Position numbers and translations under genes: made by a program. From Herminiimonas sp. (GTDB lineage: Bacteria; Pseudomonadota; Gammaproteobacteria; Burkholderiales; Burkholderiaceae_D): a DNA stretch of 64,000 nt. Within the stretch, counting starts at the first letter, position 1. Each line of letters opens with the position of its first letter. Location: positions 369 to 64,368 of the forward strand of contig JACMOV010000221.1 of assembly GCA_014377845.1 (NCBI GenBank). Direction: 5' to 3'. Below the pieces are notes generated by a model, which worked only from the letters and a program-made list of their open reading frames with translations, ran no database searches and had not been told where the DNA came from. Below are positions 1 through 9,500 of this stretch, piece by piece.

Positions 1-1
1 C

Positions 2-310
2 GCAGCCAATGTATCACCGGCCGCCTCGACACCCGCACCTGCAGCCATGGCAGAACCCGCAGCGGCAAGGGTCGAAAAGCCGGTGGCTGCAGACGCGTTC
101 ATCGCTGTCGGCTTTTCGGTCAAACCGTGGGGAAACGTGATCGTCGATGGCGTCGACCGGGGTGTCAGTCCGCCACTCAGGAAGCTGATGCTGGCCGCTG
201 GCAGGCACAGCATCAGGATCACCAATCCCGGCTTTTCGGATCATGTGTCCGAAGTCGAAATCGGCAAGAAAAAAGCGCCGCGCGTTACCGTCGATTTCGT
301 GCCGCGCTAG
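2..310 (+). CDS. C-terminal fragment of a PEGA-domain protein (5' end outside window)
   Basis: The frame is open from base 2 with no upstream stop. 'VKPWGNVIVDGVDRGVSPPLRKLMLAAGRHSIRITNPGF' resembles the PEGA beta-sandwich motif. Confidence 0.5.
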   Translation, partial: AANVSPAASTPAPAAMAEPAAARVEKPVAADAFIAVGFSVKPWGNVIVDGVDRGVSPPLRKLMLAAGRHSIRITNPGFSDHVSEVEIGKKKAPRVTVDFVPR

Positions 311-325
311 GCCATGTTCGACAGG

Positions 326-1579
326 CTACAGCACCGACTCCGAAACGATCTTCCAACGGTTTCCTTCGAAGGCCCAGTACTGGCGCTTGCGCACCGGCTG
401 CGGTGGCGCAATGCCTTTTGGCGCGACGGCTTCCTGGGTGAAGGTCGTGACCAGCATCTGTTCGCGTCCCGGGTAGAGAAACGACGTCACGTTGCGCAAT
501 CGATAGGACAGGCCGGCGCCCCCGGTGACGAAATCCGGGTGCCGGCTCAGCCAGCCGCGCAGGTCCTCGCCGCGTTCGGCGCGGAAATGAGACGAGTAGT
601 TCGCGCCGATCCGGGTCGGGTTGCCACTCTCCGCATCGGCGCGCCAGGCGTCCAGCAGGCGGTTCACCATACTGCGCTCGCCGTCACGCTCGGCCTTGGT
701 CACGAATTCGACGTTGTCGCTGATGACGACCGGTGTCTTGCCAATTTCGATCGAGCCGAGCAGCTTGCCCAGGTCTTCATTGGTGAGCACCACGCATCCC
801 TCGGATGACAATGGCGGTCTGCTGTAACTCTCCGCTGACACGCCATGCAGCCAGATGCCGGAACCGCTGCGGCCGTTCACCCGATCCCAGTCGTTCGGAT
901 AGTCGAGCGGCAAGGCGCCCGCGCCATAGAATGCCGGCAGGCGGGCGCCAGCCAGAAGACTGGTGATCTGGTAGACGCCCAGCGGCGTTTTCTGGTCGCC
1001 CTCGCGCAGCTTGTTCACGCCAAGCTTACCCTGGCTGATGTAGTAATCGGTCAGCAGTTTCAGCTCGCCAGCCATGTTTTGATACACATACAGGCGCGAG
1101 CGCTTCGCATCGACCACCAGCGCAAATTTCTGGTCGTCGCGCAACTGCACGATCGCCCGCGGCAGCAGGCCCGGGTCCGGCCGTTCACGCAGGGATTTCA
1201 GTCGTACCTTGGCTTCTTCGCGCAGGTTGCGGATCGCATCCGCAGGCGCGCCGCTGGCCTCGCCGAAGCCGCTGACCGGCCGCGTATGCATCATCAGGAG
1301 ATCGCCGCGAAGCAGCTGGCCAAGCCGGAAATTCGGATACGCCGCCACCAGAGCATCGGCCTTGGCTTCGGCTTCGCGCAAGCGATCAGCCGCGAGGTCC
1401 TTGTAGACCTCCACCAGCAACTGATCGGGGTTGGGCTTGCGTACCGTCGACGACGCGGTCGCGTGCTGCGTCTGTGCGATCGAGGCCGGTGCCAGCGCCA
1501 TCCCCACGGCCAGCACGCCAGCGCACAACAGGGGCGTGACTCGCCAGCCGGCGTCGTAACCGATTACGGCCGTGAACAT
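326..1579 (-). CDS. L,D-transpeptidase family protein (YkuD/ErfK-type), secreted
   Basis: N-terminal signal peptide. YkuD catalytic region 'GIWLHGV...PLSSEGCVVL'. The ATG overlaps the stop of the upstream TPR gene (ATGA), suggesting translational coupling. Confidence 0.85.
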   Translation of the reverse strand: MFTAVIGYDAGWRVTPLLCAGVLAVGMALAPASIAQTQHATASSTVRKPNPDQLLVEVYKDLAADRLREAEAKADALVAAYPNFRLGQLLRGDLLMMHTRPVSGFGEASGAPADAIRNLREEAKVRLKSLRERPDPGLLPRAIVQLRDDQKFALVVDAKRSRLYVYQNMAGELKLLTDYYISQGKLGVNKLREGDQKTPLGVYQITSLLAGARLPAFYGAGALPLDYPNDWDRVNGRSGSGIWLHGVSAESYSRPPLSSEGCVVLTNEDLGKLLGSIEIGKTPVVISDNVEFVTKAERDGERSMVNRLLDAWRADAESGNPTRIGANYSSHFRAERGEDLRGWLSRHPDFVTGGAGLSYRLRNVTSFLYPGREQMLVTTFTQEAVAPKGIAPPQPVRKRQYWAFEGNRWKIVSESVL

Positions 1580-2898
1580 CAGGTACCCGTCCGCTCCTGG
1601 CGGATCTGCCAGGTCGTGCCCTGCCGGGTCAACACCAGGATCTTGCGGCTATCGGCCTGCAGCTGATCCGAGGAATACACCTGACGGAACTTCACCGTCG
1701 CGGTGCTGCTGCTGATGCTGACCTGCGGCGAATCGACCTTGACGCTGATGCGGCCTTTGCCGACGATGCGTGAGGTGCGTTCATCGGCCCAGGTCTTGCG
1801 TGGCTCGCCCTTCGGTGTCTCGAAATCCGACGCATAGTGACCCAGGTAGCGCTTCATGTCCTGCGCGCTCCAGGCGTCGGCCCAGTCATTGACCGCTGCC
1901 AGCACCTCGTCGCGTTCGCGGCCTGGGACAGTCGGCGTCGATGCCTGTTTGACTTCTGCGGCAGAGACCGGGACCACGACGGCTGCAAGTTTTGGCGGTG
2001 GCCGTGATTCGGGTTTTCCTTGCGGCTCCGGCTTGGGCGCCGTCGTCGTGGCTGGTACCGCAGCAGACGGCTTCGATGGTTCAGGTTTGGTGGCCACCAC
2101 CGTCGGAATCGCAATTGCCGGTGGTGCACCGATTGCGGCAGGCGTAGCGACAACAGCAGGTGCGACAATCGCCGGCGGCGCACCGATTGCAGGCGGCGCA
2201 ATGTCGTTCTTGCTGGTCACTTGCGCGCCGGCTGCCGCGGTCGCCGCTGCGATGGCGGCTGCGGTTGCGGCTGCGGTTGCGGCTGGAGTTGCAGATGCTA
2301 CGGGATTGACCACCACCCTCCCGCCACCGTTCTGATTGGCGCCATTGACCGCGAGCGTCTTCAGCAGGGTCAGCTTCGACTTTGCGTGGCTGTTCGCCGA
2401 ATCGAGCTGCAGTGCCTTGTCGTAAGCCTGACTGGCAAGACGGGCGTGCACGTCGCCCAGATTTTCATACGCGGTTGCATAACTCGGGTTGGTGCGGATC
2501 GCCATGTCGAGCGCCGCCCGCGCCTTGTCGTACTGGCCGCTGGCGGCGAACAGGACCGCCAGGTTGTTGTATGGCTCGGGCAACTCGGGATGGTCCTCGG
2601 TCATCTTCGTGAAGACCGTGATCGCCTCGGCAGTCTTGCCCTGCTCTGTCAGAACGACGCCCTTGACGAATCGCATCTGCAGATCGCGAGGTTGCTTTAC
2701 CAGAAAGGCATCGATTCGGACCATCGCCTCGGCTGGCTTGCCTGCCCGTACCAGGCGGGTGACATCCTCTAGCTCATCGGCATGCGCCGGTTGCAGCATC
2801 ATCATCAGGCAAGCGCCGGCCACGGCGGCAAGCACGCGTGCGGTTTCGTGCAGCGGTCGTCCGGACAGGCCGGACATGAATGCAGGTGCCTTGATCAT
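1579..2898 (-). CDS. TPR-repeat protein with Ala/Pro-rich linker and C-terminal NTF2/Cds6-like domain
   Basis: Signal peptide 'ACLMMMLQPAHA'. TPR-like helices 'PEPYNNLAVLFAASGQYDKARAALDMAIRTNPSYATAYENLGDVHARLA'. C-terminus 'VLAAVNDWADAWSAQDMKRYLGHYASDF'. It is paired with the L,D-transpeptidase gene. Confidence 0.75.
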   Translation of the reverse strand: MIKAPAFMSGLSGRPLHETARVLAAVAGACLMMMLQPAHADELEDVTRLVRAGKPAEAMVRIDAFLVKQPRDLQMRFVKGVVLTEQGKTAEAITVFTKMTEDHPELPEPYNNLAVLFAASGQYDKARAALDMAIRTNPSYATAYENLGDVHARLASQAYDKALQLDSANSHAKSKLTLLKTLAVNGANQNGGGRVVVNPVASATPAATAAATAAAIAAATAAAGAQVTSKNDIAPPAIGAPPAIVAPAVVATPAAIGAPPAIAIPTVVATKPEPSKPSAAVPATTTAPKPEPQGKPESRPPPKLAAVVVPVSAAEVKQASTPTVPGRERDEVLAAVNDWADAWSAQDMKRYLGHYASDFETPKGEPRKTWADERTSRIVGKGRISVKVDSPQVSISSSTATVKFRQVYSSDQLQADSRKILVLTRQGTTWQIRQERTGT

Positions 2899-3086
2899 CG
2901 TTTCACATGAAAAGAAAAAAAATCATGGTACACAGCCAGGCCACACGGAGGATGGCGTAGCGCAATACCTTGTTGTTTGAACAAACCGGGTCATTTCGTC
3001 AAGGAGCAGTAAGCCCTATTCGACACGTCAGCGTCAAGAACCTGGGCGTGCGCGTGCGCATGAGTGAAGAAATTCGCGCAACGGCG

Positions 3087-3111
3087 CACACCCCGATCGG
3101 GTCGGGGTGTG
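3087..3111 (-). terminator. GC-rich hairpin downstream of the coiled-coil gene (possible terminator, no clean U-tract)
   Basis: Perfect 10-bp stem CACACCCCGA / TCGGGGTGTG with a 5-nt loop, 52 nt past the stop at 3163. Confidence 0.35.
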
Positions 3112-3162
3112 GCGGTTTGTGAAAATTTGACGCCGCAGAAGTGGCGTTGCGGAGAAAGAGGC

Positions 3163-6100
3163 TTACTGCCTGCGTGCTGTTTGAAGGATGGGATCGCGTG
3201 CAGGCAGAGTGCCTGCCTGGGCCGGGGAAGCCATGGACACCAACTGCATTGCGATGGTGCTGGCGGCAGCGAAACCACCGTCTTTCGAAAATCCTGCTGA
3301 TGCGACCCAGGAACAACCCGCCACCAGTGCCGCTGCCGCCAGCATCGACACGACCGCTGCGGTGCGCCGACGTGGAGCCCGTTCAACGATCGTCAACGGC
3401 GCAGTGATCGTGCCGGTTTCCGCCAGGATCGCTGCCGCGCGCGCACGCCATTCCGCCGGGTCCGTACCAGCCCGGGTCAGACGCTCGATCAGTGCATCGA
3501 CCAGTGCAGCAGCCTCGCTTGCGGGGGCAACTGCAACGGTGCCTGCATCCGTGCCTGCTGCTGCCTGTGATGCTGCAAGCCGCCCTTCTTCCTGGCGTGC
3601 TGCGGCGCTGGCCGCAGCTTCCTTTTGCCGGACCAATTGCAGTTGCGCCTTGCGTGCTGCAGCGGCCTTCTGGATTTCGAGCGTGCAGGCTTGTAACGAG
3701 GCCAGCTCCTCCTTCGCCAACGCCAGGGCCGCTTGTTCGGCATCAGCTTTTTCCAGCATCGCTTGCGCAACCTGTTGATTGGTGCGAGCGCGTTGCTGGG
3801 CGATTCTTTGCTTTTCCTGCACCGCCTGGACTGCCTGGAGTTCGTTGGCAGCGCGTTGCTTCTCCGCTTCTGCCAATGCCTGGGCAGCCTCGGCGCGTTC
3901 GAGCGCGATCAGGGCGGCGGCCTGTTGTGCTTCAGCCTGAATCTGCACCTGCATCAGCGCATTTCGTTCGGCAGCTAGTTCGGTCTGGCTTGCTGCCTGC
4001 GCTTCGGCTTCCAGCGCCAGTCGCTGCTGCGCCAGGGCGCGCATCGCCTCGGCCGCGCGAGTGCGGCCGAGCGCGGCTTCGTGCGCTGCCTGCGCGGCTT
4101 TCAATTTTGACTGGATCGCCAGAAACGATGCTTCTTCCGCCTGTTCGCGTTGCTGCTCGGCCTGTTGCAGCACGGCGCAGGCCACGGCATGACGTTCGGC
4201 ATCGGCAGCAGCGGCGGCGGCGCTGGCGCGCTCGGCTTCCCGTGCCGCCTCGGCCTGTTCGGCCAAGAGCAGGCAGTGCGCTTCTTCGGCCTCGCGCAAT
4301 GCCTCGGTGGCTGCCTGTTGCGCGTTTTCCGCGTGCTCCCTCTCGCGCAAGACTTGTGCATAGCTTTCATCTGCCTGGGCGCGTGCTTGCGCGGCATTGC
4401 AGACACTTTGCTCGACACGCAGCTTGGCCAGCACTGCTGCCAGCGCGTCCTGCTCGGCGCTGACACGGGCGCGCTCGACTTGCGTCAATTCCACCGCTTC
4501 GCGTGCTGTCTGCAACGCGGTCTGCGCGGCAAGCCGCTGCAGTTCGGCGCGTTCGGCGGCCTGCGCCAGCGCATGCCGGGCAGCGGTGGCTTCGGCTTCC
4601 TGCGCGCTTCGGAGCGTCGTCTCGACCTGTTCCTGTTCGCGCACTGCGGCCAGCTGCGCTTGCTGTGCTTCGAGCCGGGCCGCGCTTGCATGATGGATCG
4701 CTTCCTGGGCAGCGAGCTGTTCATTCGCCAGTTGCAGCGTGCGCTCGACGGCAGCGGCATTTTCTCGTTCGATATCGAGCCGTGCCTGAATCGCATGCCA
4801 GGTCTGCTGCTCCGCGTCCGCCCGCGCCTGTTCCATTTCCGCGAGGGCTTCCAGGTCGCGCGCCCGATCTGCTGCATCCTGCGCACGTTGCAGCGTCAGC
4901 GCGGTTTCACGATTCGTGATGATCAGGGCGGCCTGGACCGCAGCTTCCTCGGATTCTTTGGCGCGCAGCGCCGCCTGTTCGGCTTCGGCCTGCGACTGCA
5001 GCAACGCAGTAGTGCGGCGCTCGGCGGCGGCGCGTTCGCTGGCGGCCTTGCGCGCCGCGACTTCACTGGCAACCCGCACCTGCAAGGCGTCGACTGCCGC
5101 CGCTTCGGCGGCTGCGTGTTCGCGTTCGGCTTGGGCAAGGCTGGCGGCGTGCTGCGCCTTCAGTGTGGCGTTACCGGCAGCCAGGCGCTGCAATTCCGCA
5201 TGCTCGGCAAGGGTCGCCAGCGCGTCCTGTTCGGCGGCGTTGCGTGCCTGCGCCATCGCGGCCGCGGCGTTTTCGTGCTGCTGCCGCGATGCGGCGAGGG
5301 CGACGGCCTGTTGTTCGGCATCGATCCGCTGGCGCGCGGCTTCGGCAGCCTGCTGTTCGGCGGCAGCGCGCAGCTGGGCTTCGTGGGCGGCGTGTGCTTC
5401 GATCACGACCCGGGCGCGGGCCTGCGCTTCGGCATGCTGTTCTGCTTCCACCCTGGCCATGGCTGCTGATTGCAATTTGCGTTCCGCCTGCAGCCGGACT
5501 TCACATGCCAGACGGATGCGCTCTTCGGCATCGCACCGGGCGCGGGCAGCGGAGCCGGCCATGCCTTCGACCTGTTCGCGGCGCAGGGCGGCGTCGTTCA
5601 GTTCCAGCTCGGCCTGCAGACGCGCTTCGAGTGCGGCCATCGCGCGTTGTTCGGATGCGGCGCGGCTTGCGGCGGCAGCTTGTTGTTCGCGTTCGATCGC
5701 GGCGAAGGGCCTGAAAGATGCATCGGCAGGGGTAGCAATCGGGACTGACTCCGGCGCTGTTGCCACGGCAATCGGTGCGGGTGCCTGTGCTGCCGGCGCC
5801 GTGATCGCCCGGGTACCAGGACTGGCCGTGTCCGCATTCGCGCGACCCTGGCGGGCCGCATCCAGCAGACGTTGCGCGCTTGCCTGGCGACGCGCGGCCT
5901 GCCCGGCTGCTTTGACATCAGGATCAGGATCAGCATCAGGATCGGGATCAATACCGGCAACCGGGTCGGAAAGCTGGCTCCGCAATTGCGCAATATCTTG
6001 CGCGGCGGCGGCCTGCCGCGCAGTGCTGTCGGCGCGCGCCTGTTGTTCCACTTCCAGGCGGGCGCGGCTGTCGGCGATGGCCTGCTCGGACTGGCGCGAT

Positions 6101-6387
6101 TGCGCGTGTGCGGCTTCGGTGGCGCGGGCGTCGCTGGCGCTGGCATCTTCGGCGATGGCGCGGGCACGGGCTTCGGCGCGGGCGCGGCTTTCGGCGGCGA
6201 GCGTCGCCTTGGCTTCAGCCTCGACCCGATTGATCGCGGCCCGGATCGATTTCAGATCGAGGTTGATACGCGCGCCATCGCGCTTCGGCCTACCGTTCAG
6301 GTCGCGCTCGTCGAGGCAATCGTCGTCGCCGCGCGTGAGCCCGGCAGGCTGGAAATCGGCTCGGTCTGATGAATTGTGCGACTGCAT
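3163..6387 (-). CDS. Giant Ala/Glu/Gln/Arg-rich coiled-coil protein with a single C-terminal TM anchor (hypothetical)
   Basis: The ORF is 1097 codons. I place the start at the internal ATG (6387), which is preceded by AGGAGAG. About 900 aa are heptad-like, low-complexity helix. There is a DPDPDADPDPD linker. The hydrophobic segment 'AAVVSMLAAAALVAGCSWVASAGF' lies about 45 aa from the C-terminus. Confidence 0.7.
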   Translation of the reverse strand: MQSHNSSDRADFQPAGLTRGDDDCLDERDLNGRPKRDGARINLDLKSIRAAINRVEAEAKATLAAESRARAEARARAIAEDASASDARATEAAHAQSRQSEQAIADSRARLEVEQQARADSTARQAAAAQDIAQLRSQLSDPVAGIDPDPDADPDPDVKAAGQAARRQASAQRLLDAARQGRANADTASPGTRAITAPAAQAPAPIAVATAPESVPIATPADASFRPFAAIEREQQAAAASRAASEQRAMAALEARLQAELELNDAALRREQVEGMAGSAARARCDAEERIRLACEVRLQAERKLQSAAMARVEAEQHAEAQARARVVIEAHAAHEAQLRAAAEQQAAEAARQRIDAEQQAVALAASRQQHENAAAAMAQARNAAEQDALATLAEHAELQRLAAGNATLKAQHAASLAQAEREHAAAEAAAVDALQVRVASEVAARKAASERAAAERRTTALLQSQAEAEQAALRAKESEEAAVQAALIITNRETALTLQRAQDAADRARDLEALAEMEQARADAEQQTWHAIQARLDIERENAAAVERTLQLANEQLAAQEAIHHASAARLEAQQAQLAAVREQEQVETTLRSAQEAEATAARHALAQAAERAELQRLAAQTALQTAREAVELTQVERARVSAEQDALAAVLAKLRVEQSVCNAAQARAQADESYAQVLREREHAENAQQAATEALREAEEAHCLLLAEQAEAAREAERASAAAAAADAERHAVACAVLQQAEQQREQAEEASFLAIQSKLKAAQAAHEAALGRTRAAEAMRALAQQRLALEAEAQAASQTELAAERNALMQVQIQAEAQQAAALIALERAEAAQALAEAEKQRAANELQAVQAVQEKQRIAQQRARTNQQVAQAMLEKADAEQAALALAKEELASLQACTLEIQKAAAARKAQLQLVRQKEAAASAAARQEEGRLAASQAAAGTDAGTVAVAPASEAAALVDALIERLTRAGTDPAEWRARAAAILAETGTITAPLTIVERAPRRRTAAVVSMLAAAALVAGCSWVASAGFSKDGGFAAASTIAMQLVSMASPAQAGTLPARDPILQTARRQ

Positions 6388-6560
6388 GCTGGCTCTCCTG
6401 GGTATCCGTGCACCACCCGTCTCACAACAAGAGCGGATGGCGCTTCCTGGAGCCAATTATCAGGCGGAGGGCATCCTGCAAAGCCGGCGATAAGACGGCA
6501 AAACCGCTTTCAGATCGGCGCTTTGCAATCTGCTCAACGTCCCGCTGCCACACACCAGCC

Positions 6561-9500
6561 TCAGGATGTTGTCAGAATTGCCTCGGACAGCGTCCATGCG
6601 CGCAGGATCGCCGTGTCGACATCTGCGGTGACAGTGCTGGTCTCGGCGCCAGGCAACAAGGCTACCCGGGCGTCGAGCTTGCGCCCGGTTTCCGGGTCGC
6701 CCGCTGGCACGGGTGCGATTTCCTGCAAGACGCGATTGAGCAGAGCTTGCTGCGCGCGTCGCAATACCTGCAGCGCATGCCCACGCAATGCCTGTTGCGC
6801 CGGGCTGGCGGCGGCATGCATGAGCGACTGTTCCAGCGCATCGATACCGGTACGACGCCGCACTTCGACACCGACCTGCAGCAGCGTCGGCAGCGACATC
6901 GATGCCGGCCGATCCACTGCCAGGGCGGAAAACAGGAAATCGGCAATCGACTCGATGCCGTCGACGGTCTGGCTGGCGACGGCGAAGGCATCGTCGGCCG
7001 GGACGCTCGAGGATGTGCGCCACGGAGCAAACTGCTGGCCGTCGTCGAACAGGTGCGTCAGCTGCGCCAGGTTTGCCAGCGTGGCCGATGAGGCGCCTTC
7101 ACCGTCGATCGGTTCGGGCATCGACAGCACGCCCGCGACCACCGCGGCCTGCAGCGCGCGCGCATGCAGATCGCGTTCCCGCGACGCCGCCGGCGTGACC
7201 CGCAATGCATGTGCATCGAGCACCTCAAACAGCCGGCCCAGCTGTAACGCCGCCCAGCCGCGCGCCCACGCCAGCAACACAGCGGTCTCGTCGACCGCAT
7301 GCCGCGCGGCGAGCGCGCCGATCATGAGAGGACCGCAGCGATTGATCGCCTCGTTGGCCAATACGGTTGCGAGAATCGCATTGGCCAACGGATGGTCCAA
7401 CGGATCGCGGCTCGCCACCAGCGCCGCCGGAAAATACGGCGCCAGCAGGCTGCGCGACCATTCGTAGCCGGTCAACGGCAGTGCCGCCAGCAAGCGCTTG
7501 TAGTGGTTCTTCACATGCGCCATCACGACCGCCAGTTCGGGCGCGGTCAATCCCACCCCCTCGGCGTCGCGGCGCGCCAGTTCGGACGCGTCAGGCAATT
7601 GTTCCAGACGGCGCGAGATGACCTGCTCCGCTTCCAGGCGGCCGATCAGCGCCGCGTAACCGCTGCGGCTGGCGATGTCCGCCTGCGCCTGGTCTTCGCG
7701 CGCCAGCAGGTGCGTCTGCAGCGTGTTGTCGCGCAGGACCAGGTCTTCGATATCGCCGGTGATGGCGGTCAGGGCATGGTTGCGCGCGTCGACTGTGAGG
7801 CTGCCGGCAGCGACCTCGGTATCGAGCCAGATCTTGACGTTGACTTCATGATCGGAGCAATCGACGCCGGCGGAATTGTCAATGGCATCGGTGAAGATGC
7901 GGCCGCCTGCCAATGCAAACTCGATCCGTCCGGCCTGGGTTGCACCGAGATTGCCACCCTCTGCGACCACCCGGCAGCGCAGCTCCCGGCCATCGGCGCG
8001 GATCGTGTCGTTGGCGCGATCCTTGACCGCCGCATGCGATTCGGACGACGCCTTGATGTAAGTGCCGATGCCGCCGTTGTAGAACAGGTCGACCGGTGCC
8101 AGCAGGATCAGGTGCAGCAGTTCTTCCGGCGTGGCAGTCATGACGTCGGTGCCGAGTGCGGCCTGCATCTGCGGCGACAAGGCGATCGTGCGCACGCTGC
8201 GCGGCCAGACGCCGCCGCCGGCCGAGATCAGCGCCTTGTCATAGTCGTCCCACGAACTGCGCGGCAGGGCGAACAGGCGCTGCCGCTCCGCAAACGAGCG
8301 CGCCGTGTCAGGCGTGGGATCGATGAAGATGTGGCGATGATCGAATGCGGCAATGAGCTTGACCTGGTGTGACAGGAGCAGGCCGTTGCCGAAGACGTCG
8401 CCGGACATGTCACCGACGCCGGTCATGCTGATCGGCGTGGTCGCGAGGTCGTGACCGAGCTCGAAGAAATGCCGCTTGACGGCTTCCCACGCGCCCTTTG
8501 CGGTGATGCCGAGCTTCTTGTGGTCGTAGCCGTTCGAGCCGCCGGAGGCGAAGGCATCGCCGAGCCAGAAACCGCGTGCCACGGCGATGCCGTTGGCAAT
8601 ATCGGAAAAAGTAGCCGTGCCCTTGTCGGCAGCCACCACCAGGTAAGGATCGGCCGGGTCGTAGCAAAAGGTTTCCTGCGGCGCGACGATCTGTCCGCCG
8701 AGGCGGTTGTCTGTCATGTCCAGCAGTCCGGCGATGAAGAGCCGGTACCCCGCCTCGCCTTCGGCCGCCATCACTTCGCGGGTCGCATCCTTGGGCAGCA
8801 GCTTGCAGACGAAACCGCCCTTGGCCCCGGCCGGTACGATCACGGCGTTCTTGACCATCTGTGCCTTGACCAGGCCGAGCACTTCGGTACGGTAATCCTC
8901 CATCCGGTCGGACCAGCGCAGGCCACCGCGCGCCACCGGCCCGCCGCGCAGGTGCACGCCTTCGAAGCGACGGGAAAACACGAACAGTTCCCGGTAGGGT
9001 CGCGGCTGCGGCAACAGCGCCAGCGTGCTGCTGTCGAACTTGAAAAGAATCGTGTCGCCGATCTGCTTGCTCTGAAAATACGAGGTGCGCAGCGTGGCCA
9101 GCATCAGGTCGGCCAGGCTCCTGAGGATATCTTCGGTGTCGGCATGCTGGAGTGCAGTCAGGTCGTTGCGGGCGGCGTCCAGTAGCGCGGTACCGGCAGC
9201 GCGCGATGCGTCGGACGCAGCCGGATCGAACCGCTGCGAGAAACCGTGGACCAGCGTGCGCACTGCGTCCGGCGCCCGCTTGAGGCAATCGGCGATGTAG
9301 CGCAGGCTGAAGCGGCAGCCGGCCTGGCGCCAGTAGCTGGCATAGGCACGGATGACCTGGACCTCCCGCGTGCGCAGGCCGGCTTCCAGCACCAGCGCAT
9401 TCATCCGGCCGTCTTCGGCTTCGTCGTTCAGCAGCAGTTCAAACAGTTCCCGTGCCGCATCCGCGACCGGTGCCTGCGCCAGCCGGGTGGCGCTGTGACC

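Noticed and set aside
4916-6493. 525-aa plus-strand ORF, plus 3492-4463, 4150-5469 and others, overlapping the coiled-coil gene.
   Set aside because: The Ala/Ser/Cys/Arg-dominated composition is typical of the antisense frame of a GC-rich gene. There is no RBS or recognisable domain. The minus-strand reading gives a coherent coiled coil with RBS and TM anchor.
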